Positions 22,608-31,914 are shown, numbered from the stretch's first letter. The stretch: DNA of 64,000 nucleotides from Polyangiaceae bacterium (GCA_044376115.1 JBILLK010000005.1:64001-128000), one strand, 5' to 3'. Program-made: numbers and translations. Notes: generated by a model from the sequence alone, not told the origin.

Positions 22608-23527
22608 TGTTGCAGCTCGAGGGTAAGTAGCTGGGCCTTGGTCACGCTGGTACTAACCAACGGGCTGGCTGTTGCGATCAGCCACTGATTGTTGCGTCCC
22701 AGTTTGGCGAGGCCGGCGAGCCAAAGCCCGAGCCTCCTGGGGTGGACGTAAAGTTCCGGTCGATCTAGAAAAACAATGGAGTGATGCAGCGCAATGTTGA
22801 TTGCTGTTGCAGCAATGAGGACAGCATCCGTCTCCGATGCGGAGAGCTGGCTGAAGAACACAGGCTCTCCGAAGCGGTTCTTAAAGTAGGTGTCGTCATC
22901 CTGGTCATCCGGCTCTTTGACCCGGATGGTTGCGGACAGCGCTCCGACTGCGTCAGCAAACGCGCGAGTCTTGGCCGCATCGCCGCGTAGTGAGGTGAGA
23001 AAGCGTGGTAAAAAGCTAAACTTCTGAGGATCTTTGCTAAGCCGTAGGAGACTTTGCTCAAGTGCGCCTAGCCCGTCCGAACGTGCCCCCCACGCGCGCT
23101 GGCGGTTCTCAGGGAGGTACTCGAACTTGCCGCTGTTTGGTACGTGTTCGTAGCGCTCGAGGAGCCGGACGAGGCCGCGGTCTGCCTCGGACCCCAGCCC
23201 TTGAGATGTCCATCGTGCAAGCACACGAGCGGGACTACCAGCATTCGGTGCAGCGAGCCGTTCCTCCTCGTTGAGCGAGAATGATAGCTCTACGTGCGCA
23301 CCTTTCTTCTCGTCCCGCATCCAATCGCTAGGCCTCACCATCCCGACGTAGGGCCCAACCGTCTCCTTTGCCGCGATGATCGCTTCCAGCAGCCGTGTCT
23401 TCCCGGAACCGCTGGGCCCAAAAAGGACAAAGCTGTCGTAGGGCTCACTCGTCCCTCCGGCCTGGAGTGAGAAGGAGAGATCTGGAAGGCCGCGGATCCC
23501 TCCTACTGCGACGTGGGCAAGCTTCAT
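22604..23527 (-). CDS. ABC-fold (AAA_21/SMC_N-like) ATP-binding protein, paralog A
   Basis: N-terminal MKL..V.V.GIRG, Walker A GPSGSGKT, LSASE, VFLDRPELYVHP, IATAS; ATGA overlap with paralog B. Confidence 0.8.
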   Translation of the reverse strand: MKLAHVAVGGIRGLPDLSFSLQAGGTSEPYDSFVLFGPSGSGKTRLLEAIIAAKETVGPYVGMVRPSDWMRDEKKGAHVELSFSLNEEERLAAPNAGSPARVLARWTSQGLGSEADRGLVRLLERYEHVPNSGKFEYLPENRQRAWGARSDGLGALEQSLLRLSKDPQKFSFLPRFLTSLRGDAAKTRAFADAVGALSATIRVKEPDDQDDDTYFKNRFGEPVFFSQLSASETDAVLIAATAINIALHHSIVFLDRPELYVHPRRLGLWLAGLAKLGRNNQWLIATASPLVSTSVTKAQLLTLELQQ

Positions 23528-23531
23528 TGGG

Positions 23532-25433
23532 TCAGGAGTTAGGCTTTTGGCTTGGTGTAACGTCGGGGTTCACGAGCACGGTCTTTGCGTGAATGACGAT
23601 CTTGTCCTTGTCCATATAGATGAGGGAGTTGCCAACGGTAAGGTTGATGGTCTCCTCGCTCGAGATCGCGTGTGATTTGGCCTGCGATATCATGTTGCCG
23701 ACGGTCTTGAGTAGCCGCTCTTTGCCAACGATCGATAACAGGCTATCGAAGACGCGCGAAAGCTTGTCCTTGCCGACGGACTCGCGTTGGACCCCGGCAA
23801 CTTTTTCCTCGTCGTCGCGTTCGATGGACATGCTGCGGTCGCGGCCCACCGAGAGCGACTTGTCGTTGTTGACGCGCGTCTTCATGTCCTTTTCGGCGCG
23901 ACCTTCGACCAGTTCCTCCCCAGCCGTGTCGACGAATCGAAGCAGGCTGTAACCCCCAGTATCCGGGACGCTCTTGCTGCGGAAGCCGCTCTCGTTCTTT
24001 GCTTGGGGCAATGAGAAGGGTGGCCGCTTTAGGTTGTTGAATACCCGGCCAACCACCACAGGCTCCTCAGGGTTACCGCCCAGGAAGGACACAATGACCT
24101 CTTGCCCAATGCGCGGTAGATTGACCATGCCAAAACCCTCACCTGCCCAGGGTTGGTTGACCGGGATCCAGCAGGATGAGTACTCATTCATTTGCCCGTA
24201 GCGGTCCCAATGGAACTGAACTCGAATCCGACCAAACTCATCGCAGTGGATGGTCTCGCCGGGGGGGCCAACGACAGTCGCGGATTCAACACCGGCAATG
24301 CTCGGAATAGGGGTGTTGACGGCCGGGTGATATGCGGCCTCGGCGCTTACCGCTTCAACCGAGATCGCCACCTCGGAGTCGTGGGAGCCAGTGAGTCGAA
24401 CCTTCTCCAGTAATAGCGCCTTGAAGCGCTCTGCTGTAGGGTGCCCAACGATTGAGAGCACGGTACCCGCTCGCAGATCGAGCGAATTGGAGCTGAAAGC
24501 AATACGCTGAGATCGTGCCACCTTTGCCGCTGCATCTCGCCCGGCGATGCGTGCCGCCTCGTCAGGGTCTGAGCGCGAGCGACCACGATCGTCTGCGGTC
24601 GGGGTGTCCTTGGGACCGCCATTACCGAACTTGAATGCACCCGGCACGTACTTGAAGGTTTCAAGCCGGGACTCGAGCGGATGCCCGCTGGAACTAGCCT
24701 GTCCCAAGAGCGGCTCATTCGGAAGGCGAGGATCGTGGTCAGCGAAGGTTGTGCGGCCCGAGCGAATACGCCGCTGAGTGCGTAGGCCAGTCGCATAGAG
24801 CTGGCCCGTGGTCGGCTCGCCAACATGTTGTAGTGGAACCGGCCGTGGCTCGACCCTCTCGGGAGCGTCACGCAGAATGATCGTGGTTGTGGACTCCCGC
24901 TGTTCAAGTACGTAGCTAATCCCGGCTGCTTCAAGCAGCCGACAAACGAACGCGTAGTCGCTCTCCTGATACTGCACGCGATACTTGCGTGTCTTGTAGC
25001 TGCCCGAGCACGCGTTTTCATACGGGAGGGCCCACTCGTCGAAGAGCGCTTTGACGATGTCTAGATCGGACATCTGCTGAAAGACTCTGCAGTTCGTTCG
25101 TTGCGTGAGGAGCCAAAAACTGGGAACCAGTCGCAGCTGATAGGTGGAAAGACCTTCGTCTTCGGAGGCGAGCTGTTCGATATCCGCGACGATGCCCGAC
25201 CATAGGGGAGCCGGCGCATCGCCGTAGGCACCCACCAGCGTTTCAATCCGGAAGGCCGCCGACTTCCCGATGGCTTCCTCGAGGTCAACGGCAGGGTTGC
25301 TGCAACGCGCCACAATATCGACGGAGAAAAGCGAGTTGAGGCCCTCAGTGACCTCAAAACTGCGTACGTCGAAGGTGTCCGCTAGATCTGCGAAGAGCTG
25401 GAGGTTCTGGGGTCGCGCGAGGAGCGAGGTCAT
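23532..25433 (-). CDS. vgrG: Type VI secretion spike protein VgrG (TssI), no C-terminal effector extension
   Basis: VQYQESDYAFVCRLLE..GI, DEFGRIRVQFHWDR, LPRIGQEVIVSFLGGNPEEP and Gp5-like beta-repeats. Confidence 0.96.
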   Translation of the reverse strand: MTSLLARPQNLQLFADLADTFDVRSFEVTEGLNSLFSVDIVARCSNPAVDLEEAIGKSAAFRIETLVGAYGDAPAPLWSGIVADIEQLASEDEGLSTYQLRLVPSFWLLTQRTNCRVFQQMSDLDIVKALFDEWALPYENACSGSYKTRKYRVQYQESDYAFVCRLLEAAGISYVLEQRESTTTIILRDAPERVEPRPVPLQHVGEPTTGQLYATGLRTQRRIRSGRTTFADHDPRLPNEPLLGQASSSGHPLESRLETFKYVPGAFKFGNGGPKDTPTADDRGRSRSDPDEAARIAGRDAAAKVARSQRIAFSSNSLDLRAGTVLSIVGHPTAERFKALLLEKVRLTGSHDSEVAISVEAVSAEAAYHPAVNTPIPSIAGVESATVVGPPGETIHCDEFGRIRVQFHWDRYGQMNEYSSCWIPVNQPWAGEGFGMVNLPRIGQEVIVSFLGGNPEEPVVVGRVFNNLKRPPFSLPQAKNESGFRSKSVPDTGGYSLLRFVDTAGEELVEGRAEKDMKTRVNNDKSLSVGRDRSMSIERDDEEKVAGVQRESVGKDKLSRVFDSLLSIVGKERLLKTVGNMISQAKSHAISSEETINLTVGNSLIYMDKDKIVIHAKTVLVNPDVTPSQKPNS

Positions 25434-25445
25434 AACGAGGTATTG

Positions 25446-25460
25446 GCAAGTCGCGTGCCT
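25446..25460 (-). promoter_or_regulatory. Sigma54 (-24/-12) promoter of the vgrG operon
   Basis: Minus strand AGGCACGCGACTTGC (GG-N10-GC, near-consensus), 12 nt before the vgrG ATG. Confidence 0.75.
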
Positions 25461-25616
25461 CAGCCCACTAGCGTACGCGAGGCAGACGTAAGGTTCTTGC
25501 TCTGCACGTATTGTGCAAGAGCTGATCTTCCGGATGACCAGTCAGGGCGTGATGGGCCTCTTCCGCTCGGGAAAGCCACCTGACCTACATCGTCTACATT
25601 TACGAGAGTATCGACC

Positions 25617-26414
25617 ATGGACGATCTGAATCCCACCACCCCCCCAGCGGACACCAAGCCAGCGGAAGCGGCACCCGAGACTCCCGATGACGGGTTCAGT
25701 TCATCGAAGTCCCGTTTCATTGCGGCTTGGGAGGTTGCCGGCGGCGACGAGAAGGCCATTCGCTCTCGCTTCAATCCGTTACCGCACTGGCCCAAAGGTT
25801 ACTCAGGCCTGACGGTCGGTATGGGCTACGACCTCAAGTATCAGACTCAAGAGGGCTTCAAGAAGGATTGGGGTGGCCATCTAACGCCGGAACAGCTCGA
25901 CAAACTCGATGACTACGTCCCCTCAATCAACGCGAAGGGGAAGAAGGTCCCGCCCAAAAAGAAGGCGAACAAGGCCGCCGTTGTCGCGACGAAGGACATC
26001 GACATTCAGTACAAGGCCGCGGTGAAGGTGTACGAGGACGTCACCATTCCGAAGTTCGAGGCTAAGGTGGAGAAGATATTCCCTGGCTACGGCCAGATGG
26101 ACCCTTACTCTCAAGCCGTTATTCTTTCCGTCGTCTACAACCGCGGTGATTCGATGGGCAAGAAGAAGTCCTTGCGCCGCAAACACTTCATGCAGATCCG
26201 CGAGGCCGTAGTTAAGAAGGACGTGAAAGCCATCGCTGCGGCCGTTCGTGCGATGAAGGTTGAACATACCAACAAGGCCAACAAGAAGGGCCTCCACAAT
26301 CGCCGCGACGGTGAAGCCAACTATCTTGAGCAGAATTACCAAGCCGCCCAGGATTGGTATGCAAAGCAACCGGTAGCGCAGCCGGCGGCAGTGCCGCCGA
26401 CCACTACGCCCTAA
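25617..26414 (+). CDS. Pesticin C-terminal-like / phage-lysozyme-fold muramidase, no signal peptide
   Basis: IAAWEV, WP.G.SGLTVGMGYDL, SVVYNRG and GL..RR..EA; Lys-rich. Confidence 0.8.
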   Translation: MDDLNPTTPPADTKPAEAAPETPDDGFSSSKSRFIAAWEVAGGDEKAIRSRFNPLPHWPKGYSGLTVGMGYDLKYQTQEGFKKDWGGHLTPEQLDKLDDYVPSINAKGKKVPPKKKANKAAVVATKDIDIQYKAAVKVYEDVTIPKFEAKVEKIFPGYGQMDPYSQAVILSVVYNRGDSMGKKKSLRRKHFMQIREAVVKKDVKAIAAAVRAMKVEHTNKANKKGLHNRRDGEANYLEQNYQAAQDWYAKQPVAQPAAVPPTTTP

Positions 26415-26421
26415 TAGGGTA

Positions 26422-27195
26422 TCAGCTGCCCTTGGCGCCCAATCGAGCGGCCGCGTAGCCAACGAAGAAGGGCCCCATTTGCGAGATGTACTCTGACGTT
26501 TGGCGTGTCTTGCGCATCGACTGAACTACGTGGGAGAGCGGGTGTAAGTCCTGGCCGATTAGTCCGACCACGAACTCATTGTCCGATGCGTCGAGGCCAT
26601 GGCAGGCGAGGCGGACATCATGCGCCAAATCTTGCGAGCCATAAGCGCGACCGATGATGGCGTGCTCGCGAAGAATGCTTGCCTGCTCTCGGCCGTCAAG
26701 TTTGGCAAACGCGCCGGTGCGGCGAAGAGGGTACCAAACGTGCCATGGCCACGCGGGATTCTCCATGACGGACATCGGGCGGTCGAGCAGCCAGAAGCCC
26801 AGGTCTTGCTCATACCCTTGCGAGTATGTTCGGCCGAGCATGTTGTGATCGATGCGCTGAACGAGCCCGGGCAGGCTGAGAATCGCTGGTCGCACGTGTG
26901 CGACGAAGGTCGACGGATCGTCCGAGAAGGTGAGAACACCGATTCCGCGTGGAGCGTTTACATCTTGGTAAATGACTCCCCGCACCGAGCGCGAATCGAG
27001 CGCGGTCTTGAGCTGCTCAATCGCGTGGTCCGGATTCAAGCTGCTGTCACAATCGAAAACGAGCAGCTGGACGAATAGCCGCTTGTTCATGGTCTGCGGC
27101 GAGCCGTCGGCGCCTTTGGCCCCACGCTCGTTCACGTCCACTTTCGGGATCTCTTCAGCTTCGTTTCGCTCTTTGGGTGCGTGCGGTTCCGTCAT
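26422..27195 (-). CDS. Chlorite dismutase / coproheme decarboxylase (HemQ/ChdC) family protein
   Basis: WYPLRR, EHAIIGRAY, GLDASDNEFVVG, MRKT..TS.Y....GPFFVG. Alternative start at 27216. Confidence 0.85.
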   Translation of the reverse strand: MTEPHAPKERNEAEEIPKVDVNERGAKGADGSPQTMNKRLFVQLLVFDCDSSLNPDHAIEQLKTALDSRSVRGVIYQDVNAPRGIGVLTFSDDPSTFVAHVRPAILSLPGLVQRIDHNMLGRTYSQGYEQDLGFWLLDRPMSVMENPAWPWHVWYPLRRTGAFAKLDGREQASILREHAIIGRAYGSQDLAHDVRLACHGLDASDNEFVVGLIGQDLHPLSHVVQSMRKTRQTSEYISQMGPFFVGYAAARLGAKGS

Positions 27196-27301
27196 GAGGT
27201 CCTCCGGCGCGAACATCGCCGCGCGGGTCGATGAAGGCAAGGTTCTTATCGTCGCTCGGCCGCCTTGCTTCTCGGCCCGGGACGCACGATAAGTCCGCGT
27301 G

Positions 27302-28585
27302 ATGGCCAGTTCTGTTGTTGTGGTGGGCGCGCAGTGGGGGGACGAGGGCAAGGGTAAGGTCGTCGACCTCGTGGCGGAGCACGCCGACGTCGTTGTTCGC
27401 TATGCAGGTGGACCCAACGCGGGGCACACGTTGGTCGTTGGAGACCAGAAGGTCATCCTTAGGCTCGTTCCAAGCGGGATTCTGCAGCCACACACCTTGT
27501 GTTTGATGGGCGAGGGCATGGTGATTGACCCGTTGGTATTGGTAGCGGAGATCGCTGCCCTCGAAGCCAAGGGGATTTCGGTGCGAGGGCGATTGCTCCT
27601 GAGCCCACGAGCCCACGTGATTTTGCCGCAGCACGTAGTGATTGACGGACTGCGTGAGAGTGGGGCCGGCGCTAAAGCGATCGGTACGACCAAACGTGGT
27701 ATCGGGCCTGCGTACGAGGACAAAGCGGGACGCCGCGGCGTGCGGGTCCTCGACCTTGTTGATCCGGCTTTGCTGCGTCCGCGTGTGGAAGCGCAGCTTG
27801 CGGCTTGGGAACCAACGGCAAAGGCGTTGGGGGGGGAATTGCCCTCGCTCGCCGCCGTGCTCGAGTCAGTCCGCAGCGCCGCAGAGATTCTAGCGGGGTT
27901 GATTGGGGATACCAGCGAGCGTCTCGATGGCGAGCTTCGCCGCGGAAAGCGCGCACTCTTGGAGGGCGCGCAGGGCACGCTGCTCGATCTCGACCACGGA
28001 ACTTATCCGTATGTCACCTCGTCTTCGGCCGTGGCGGGTGGGGCCTGTACTGGGGCTGGGATTGGTCCGAGTCGAATCGGCCGTGTGCTCGGCATCACGA
28101 AGGCTTACGCGACCCGCGTTGGCGCGGGCCCGTTCCCCACCGAGTTGCACGACGCCACGGGCGAAACGATCCGAACCAACGGCGGTGAGTTTGGGAGTGT
28201 GACAGGTAGACCCAGGCGCACGGGGTGGATCGACTTGCCCGCGCTTCGCTTCGCCGCAAGGGTCAACGGCGTCGATGGCTGGGCTGTCACGAAGCTGGAT
28301 GTACTCACCGGACTGCCGGTCGTGCGTGTTTGCACCGAATATGAGACTGCCTCCGGGCGGACGCGCAATCTGCCGGCCGACGATCTTTCTGAAGTGAAGC
28401 CGATCTTTCGTGAACTCGCGGGTTGGCAAGGTGCGCTTGGCGGCGCGCGGTCGCTCGCTGAACTCCCAGCCAATGCGCGCGCACTGCTCGCGTTGATTGA
28501 GTCAGAGACGGAGGTTCCGATCGACTTGGTCAGCGTGGGGCCGAAGCGCGATGAAACGATCATTGTGCGTCCCGCGTTCGGCTAA
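27302..28585 (+). CDS. purA: Adenylosuccinate synthetase
   Basis: QWGDEGKGK, GGPNAGHT, IGTTKRGIGPAYEDK, EGAQGTLLDLDHGTYPYVTSS, TKLDVL. Confidence 0.97.
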   Translation: MASSVVVVGAQWGDEGKGKVVDLVAEHADVVVRYAGGPNAGHTLVVGDQKVILRLVPSGILQPHTLCLMGEGMVIDPLVLVAEIAALEAKGISVRGRLLLSPRAHVILPQHVVIDGLRESGAGAKAIGTTKRGIGPAYEDKAGRRGVRVLDLVDPALLRPRVEAQLAAWEPTAKALGGELPSLAAVLESVRSAAEILAGLIGDTSERLDGELRRGKRALLEGAQGTLLDLDHGTYPYVTSSSAVAGGACTGAGIGPSRIGRVLGITKAYATRVGAGPFPTELHDATGETIRTNGGEFGSVTGRPRRTGWIDLPALRFAARVNGVDGWAVTKLDVLTGLPVVRVCTEYETASGRTRNLPADDLSEVKPIFRELAGWQGALGGARSLAELPANARALLALIESETEVPIDLVSVGPKRDETIIVRPAFG

Positions 28586-28633
28586 CAAGGCTTGGCTAGC
28601 CGAAGGGCTCGTCCCTGGTAGACTGCGGGTCCG

Positions 28634-29593
28634 ATGTCGACCGCAGGCTTGTACCTGGTGCTTGCTGGACTTTCAGGTGTTCCGCTCGGAGTAACGTCAG
28701 AGCCCGACCTGGCAGCTGTTGCTGCTGCGTCGAGTCGTCCGAAGGAGTGCCAGATAAGCTCGAGGACGGGAAAGCCAACGTTCTGGCGAAAGGTTCGGTT
28801 CCCGCAGCAAGAACGATACTGCAACCTCGTAGCCAGAGCTCACATCGAGCTGCTCGAGGACGCTGGGCGAGCCCTCGCCTTCGCTGAAGAAGCGCAGGCC
28901 TTGTGGCCAGGTCGTCCAGGCGCGACTCTGGCGAAGGCTCGAGCGCTTTTGTTGCTGGGTAAGCCGGCTGAGGCACTCGAACTACTTGAGGCGGTTGAGC
29001 GCGTTGTCCCAGCATCCTTTGATGAACCGCGTGCGCTTTGGTCGCTGGCGCGCAGTCTCGCGCTGGGTGGCAAGCTCGATCGCGCAGAGACCGCCTATCG
29101 GAAGCTCGTGCCGCGTATCTCGCTCATGCGCCTGGAGGAGCGTGTCCAGGTCTTGGTGGAAGCGGCCTTCTTGCTCAGCGCGGTTGATGAGCAAGCGAAG
29201 GAGGGCAAGTCGACCGAAACCGGCCGTATTCAGGACGCTCTTTCGTTCCTTACGGAGGCACAGCGGGCGCGGGAAGGACTGCCGGATGTGCTGATAGCTA
29301 CCGCGTTGTTTCGCTTGCGCACAGGTGCGGGGCCCACCGCTGATATTGCCTGGGATGAGGCTGTTGCTTCAGTAGGCGCCAAGGCTTCCTCGAGCCGTGC
29401 GCTATCGGATGCGGACAGGCTTGTCAGCGAGGCGATTAGCCTCGCGGCGAAGGATAGTGCAAGTGCAGCGGCGCGACTGGAATCAGCTGCGAAGGCCACC
29501 TCCAGCGTCCCTTTTGGGGAGGCGCTTCGCGCGAAAGCAAAAGCGCTGGGGCGGCTGGGCAGCGGATCTTTAGCGAAAGTAAAAGTCCGGTGA
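28634..29593 (+). CDS. Exported TPR-like repeat protein
   Basis: Hydrophobic N-terminus and Ala/Leu-rich helical repeats; overlaps the next gene. Confidence 0.6.
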   Translation: MSTAGLYLVLAGLSGVPLGVTSEPDLAAVAAASSRPKECQISSRTGKPTFWRKVRFPQQERYCNLVARAHIELLEDAGRALAFAEEAQALWPGRPGATLAKARALLLLGKPAEALELLEAVERVVPASFDEPRALWSLARSLALGGKLDRAETAYRKLVPRISLMRLEERVQVLVEAAFLLSAVDEQAKEGKSTETGRIQDALSFLTEAQRAREGLPDVLIATALFRLRTGAGPTADIAWDEAVASVGAKASSSRALSDADRLVSEAISLAAKDSASAAARLESAAKATSSVPFGEALRAKAKALGRLGSGSLAKVKVR

Positions 29594-30588
29594 TGCGCGC
29601 GACTTGGTTGGTCACGGTTGGCGTTTGCCTGTCGGTCTCGATTGCCGAGGCAGCACCCACTCGTTGGCAGCGTATGCGCCTGCCTTCCACCAGCGAGGAA
29701 GAGCGTCTGATCGAGCAGACCGAAGAGCGTCTGCTGGACCACCAAAAGGATGAAACGAGCACCTTCGCCGAAACGCTAATGGCAGAGGATGCACAGCTGT
29801 ATAAGGCGCGCGCAGAACTCGAGCAGGCTAAGGCAAGCTCCTCCAACAATTGGAAGATTCGGCTCTTGTACGGCAAAGTCATGTTCGGCTTGGCTCAATG
29901 GGAGGCAGCAAGGGAGGCCTTCTCTTGGGTGGTTGATAACGCCGTTGTGCCAGAGCCGGTCAAGGTCGACGCTTACTCAGACCTCGCCATTGCCGAGGCT
30001 AGGACTGGTAATCAACAGCGCGAGGTGGAGACCTACGAGCGCGGTATCGCCCTCGAGCCCATGCCCGCAGCTCGTTCGACCATGATGGCGAATCAAGCCG
30101 AGGCGTTCATGGTCAGCGGGCTGATCGAGCGAGCCATCGAGGGATACCGTGGTGCCGTTGAACTGCTCAGCTTCGCGGATCAACGCACAGCGTTCTTGGC
30201 ATCGCCCACCACGTACTGGAGTCTGGGTGTGGCGCTGGACCGTGCTGGCGACTTGGAGGCGGCTCTCATCAACATTGAGCGCGCTCGAGCCTTCGACCCG
30301 AAGGACCAAATGTTGTCCGGGTCGAATTGGTTCTTCGTGCCCCCTTATGACGAGGCCTACTACAGAGCGCTAGGGCACTGGTTAACGGCGCGACGAGCCA
30401 CCGACATCGAGACCAAAGTAGCTGCACTCGAAGGGTGCGTAATCGCTTGGAGGCGTTATCTTGCGGCTGCTGCGCCTGCGGACCACTGGCTGGCAGTAGC
30501 GCGCAGTCGATTGGCTCTTGCGGAAAATGAGTTTAGAGCCGCTCAAATAGTTGCATCCACTCCAACGCCAACCAGCGCTCTTGATTAG
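29590..30588 (+). CDS. Exported TPR protein
   Basis: Signal peptide ending AEA; TPR-like units such as YWSLGVALDRAGDLEAA...ERA..FDP. Confidence 0.7.
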   Translation: MMRATWLVTVGVCLSVSIAEAAPTRWQRMRLPSTSEEERLIEQTEERLLDHQKDETSTFAETLMAEDAQLYKARAELEQAKASSSNNWKIRLLYGKVMFGLAQWEAAREAFSWVVDNAVVPEPVKVDAYSDLAIAEARTGNQQREVETYERGIALEPMPAARSTMMANQAEAFMVSGLIERAIEGYRGAVELLSFADQRTAFLASPTTYWSLGVALDRAGDLEAALINIERARAFDPKDQMLSGSNWFFVPPYDEAYYRALGHWLTARRATDIETKVAALEGCVIAWRRYLAAAAPADHWLAVARSRLALAENEFRAAQIVASTPTPTSALD

Positions 30589-30748
30589 CGGCGGCCAGGC
30601 CTCTTCATACGAGGTTTGAGTGTGGGGAGATGCCCGCCACTTTTGTCGCGGTGTTGGTTGCCATTCGTGCAATCAGCGCCACCATGCACCTGGATTGCCC
30701 TACGCTCTGACACGCGATCTCTCGTTCTGAGTGGTCGAAGGATCCGCG

Positions 30749-31879
30749 ATGACTTCTGACGGTTCCCGAGAGTCACTGTTTGACGGCCCAGTAATCTGGC
30801 GAGGAAGGCCCGCGCGCCTTGCGGTCCCGCCCTTGTGCAAGTGGGGAGCGATCGTCTTTGCCTTCGTTTCGGCCTCGACGCTTCTGGGGGCCGTTGCGGT
30901 TTCGATGTTATTGAGCGCGAATGTGGGGGAGATGATGCTCTTCTCCGCCTGGTTTGCGGCAATGGCTGTGGGGCTGTGGCGGGTGCCGCTTTGGTGGCGG
31001 GCTGAGCTCGAGTACTTCATTACCGACCGCAGCATCATCGTTCAGCGTGGCCGTTATCGGAGGTTCATCGACCGACGAACAATCAGCTTCGCGCGAATTC
31101 AATGGGACCCACATCGCGCGGACGTGGGCGATCTCGAGCTCGTCCGAGCCGTCCCGGCAGGGGCCCTCATGCGTCGAATCACGATTGAGCTTCACGGGCT
31201 TGTCGGTCCTGACAGAGTGTGGGCGTTCGCGCGGGGCGTCACGCCAGCCGCTCCCGCGGGAGATGGCCAGCGATTGTTGGCACAGCGTCTTGATGAGGGT
31301 GAGCGCGTGTTGTGGTCTGCCCATCCGGCTCGCCACTGGACTCGCCTGCTCCCAACCAACGTCAGGGGGGGGCTCTCGGCCGGTTTGGGTTTGCTACTCG
31401 TAGTCGCTGCTGTGATGGCCGCGGTCGATGCGCTTCACGGGGTTGGCAAAGTCTTGGGCACTGGGCTCTCGCCTGGCAGCTTCTCCTTTGTCGTACTCGT
31501 GGCTGCCGTCGCAATCAGTGTTGCGTTGCTAGCCGCTTCAGCGGTGTTTGTGATGTACGCAAGCCTCGTCAAGCCAGCTCGCCTCGAACGGGCGACTCGC
31601 TATCTCATTACCGACCGCCGAGTGCTCATCCAGCGCGGACCAGAGGAGCTGCACCTGGAGCGTGATCGTATCGTCGACGTCATCGATGCTCCGGCTCTAG
31701 GCGGGAAGAAGGACCTCTTCTTGGTGCTGAGCGGGCCTCGCGCTCGAGGGCTCGCGCTGAGCGGTGGTTTTGGTGAAGAGGCGGGTGCAGGTCTTCAGCC
31801 CGTGCTGAAGTTCGTCGAGGACTCTGATGCGGTCCAGAAGCTGCTCAAGTCAGCGCCAGACGTTCCCATGGCTGCGTGA
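30749..31879 (+). CDS. Membrane protein with two bacterial PH-like modules
   Basis: Duplicated unit: W.G.P / W.A.P, two TM helices, then Y.ITDR (YFITDRSII and YLITDRRVL). Confidence 0.65.
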   Translation: MTSDGSRESLFDGPVIWRGRPARLAVPPLCKWGAIVFAFVSASTLLGAVAVSMLLSANVGEMMLFSAWFAAMAVGLWRVPLWWRAELEYFITDRSIIVQRGRYRRFIDRRTISFARIQWDPHRADVGDLELVRAVPAGALMRRITIELHGLVGPDRVWAFARGVTPAAPAGDGQRLLAQRLDEGERVLWSAHPARHWTRLLPTNVRGGLSAGLGLLLVVAAVMAAVDALHGVGKVLGTGLSPGSFSFVVLVAAVAISVALLAASAVFVMYASLVKPARLERATRYLITDRRVLIQRGPEELHLERDRIVDVIDAPALGGKKDLFLVLSGPRARGLALSGGFGEEAGAGLQPVLKFVEDSDAVQKLLKSAPDVPMAA

Positions 31880-31914
31880 CAGCTCGTCATCGCCTTTGCT
31901 TGACGAAGTAGGGG

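Noticed and set aside
21681..23527. ATPases as a standard anti-phage system (Septu, Gabija, AbiE, PARIS)
   Set aside because: No nuclease, TOPRIM, helicase or nucleotidyltransferase partner, and the catalytic residues are substituted. Not fully excluded without HMM searches.
21228..26414. vgrG plus muramidase as a prophage or tailocin remnant
   Set aside because: No sheath, tube, baseplate, holin, integrase or att-like repeats; the DcrB-like gene and sigma54 promoter fit a T6SS auxiliary locus better.
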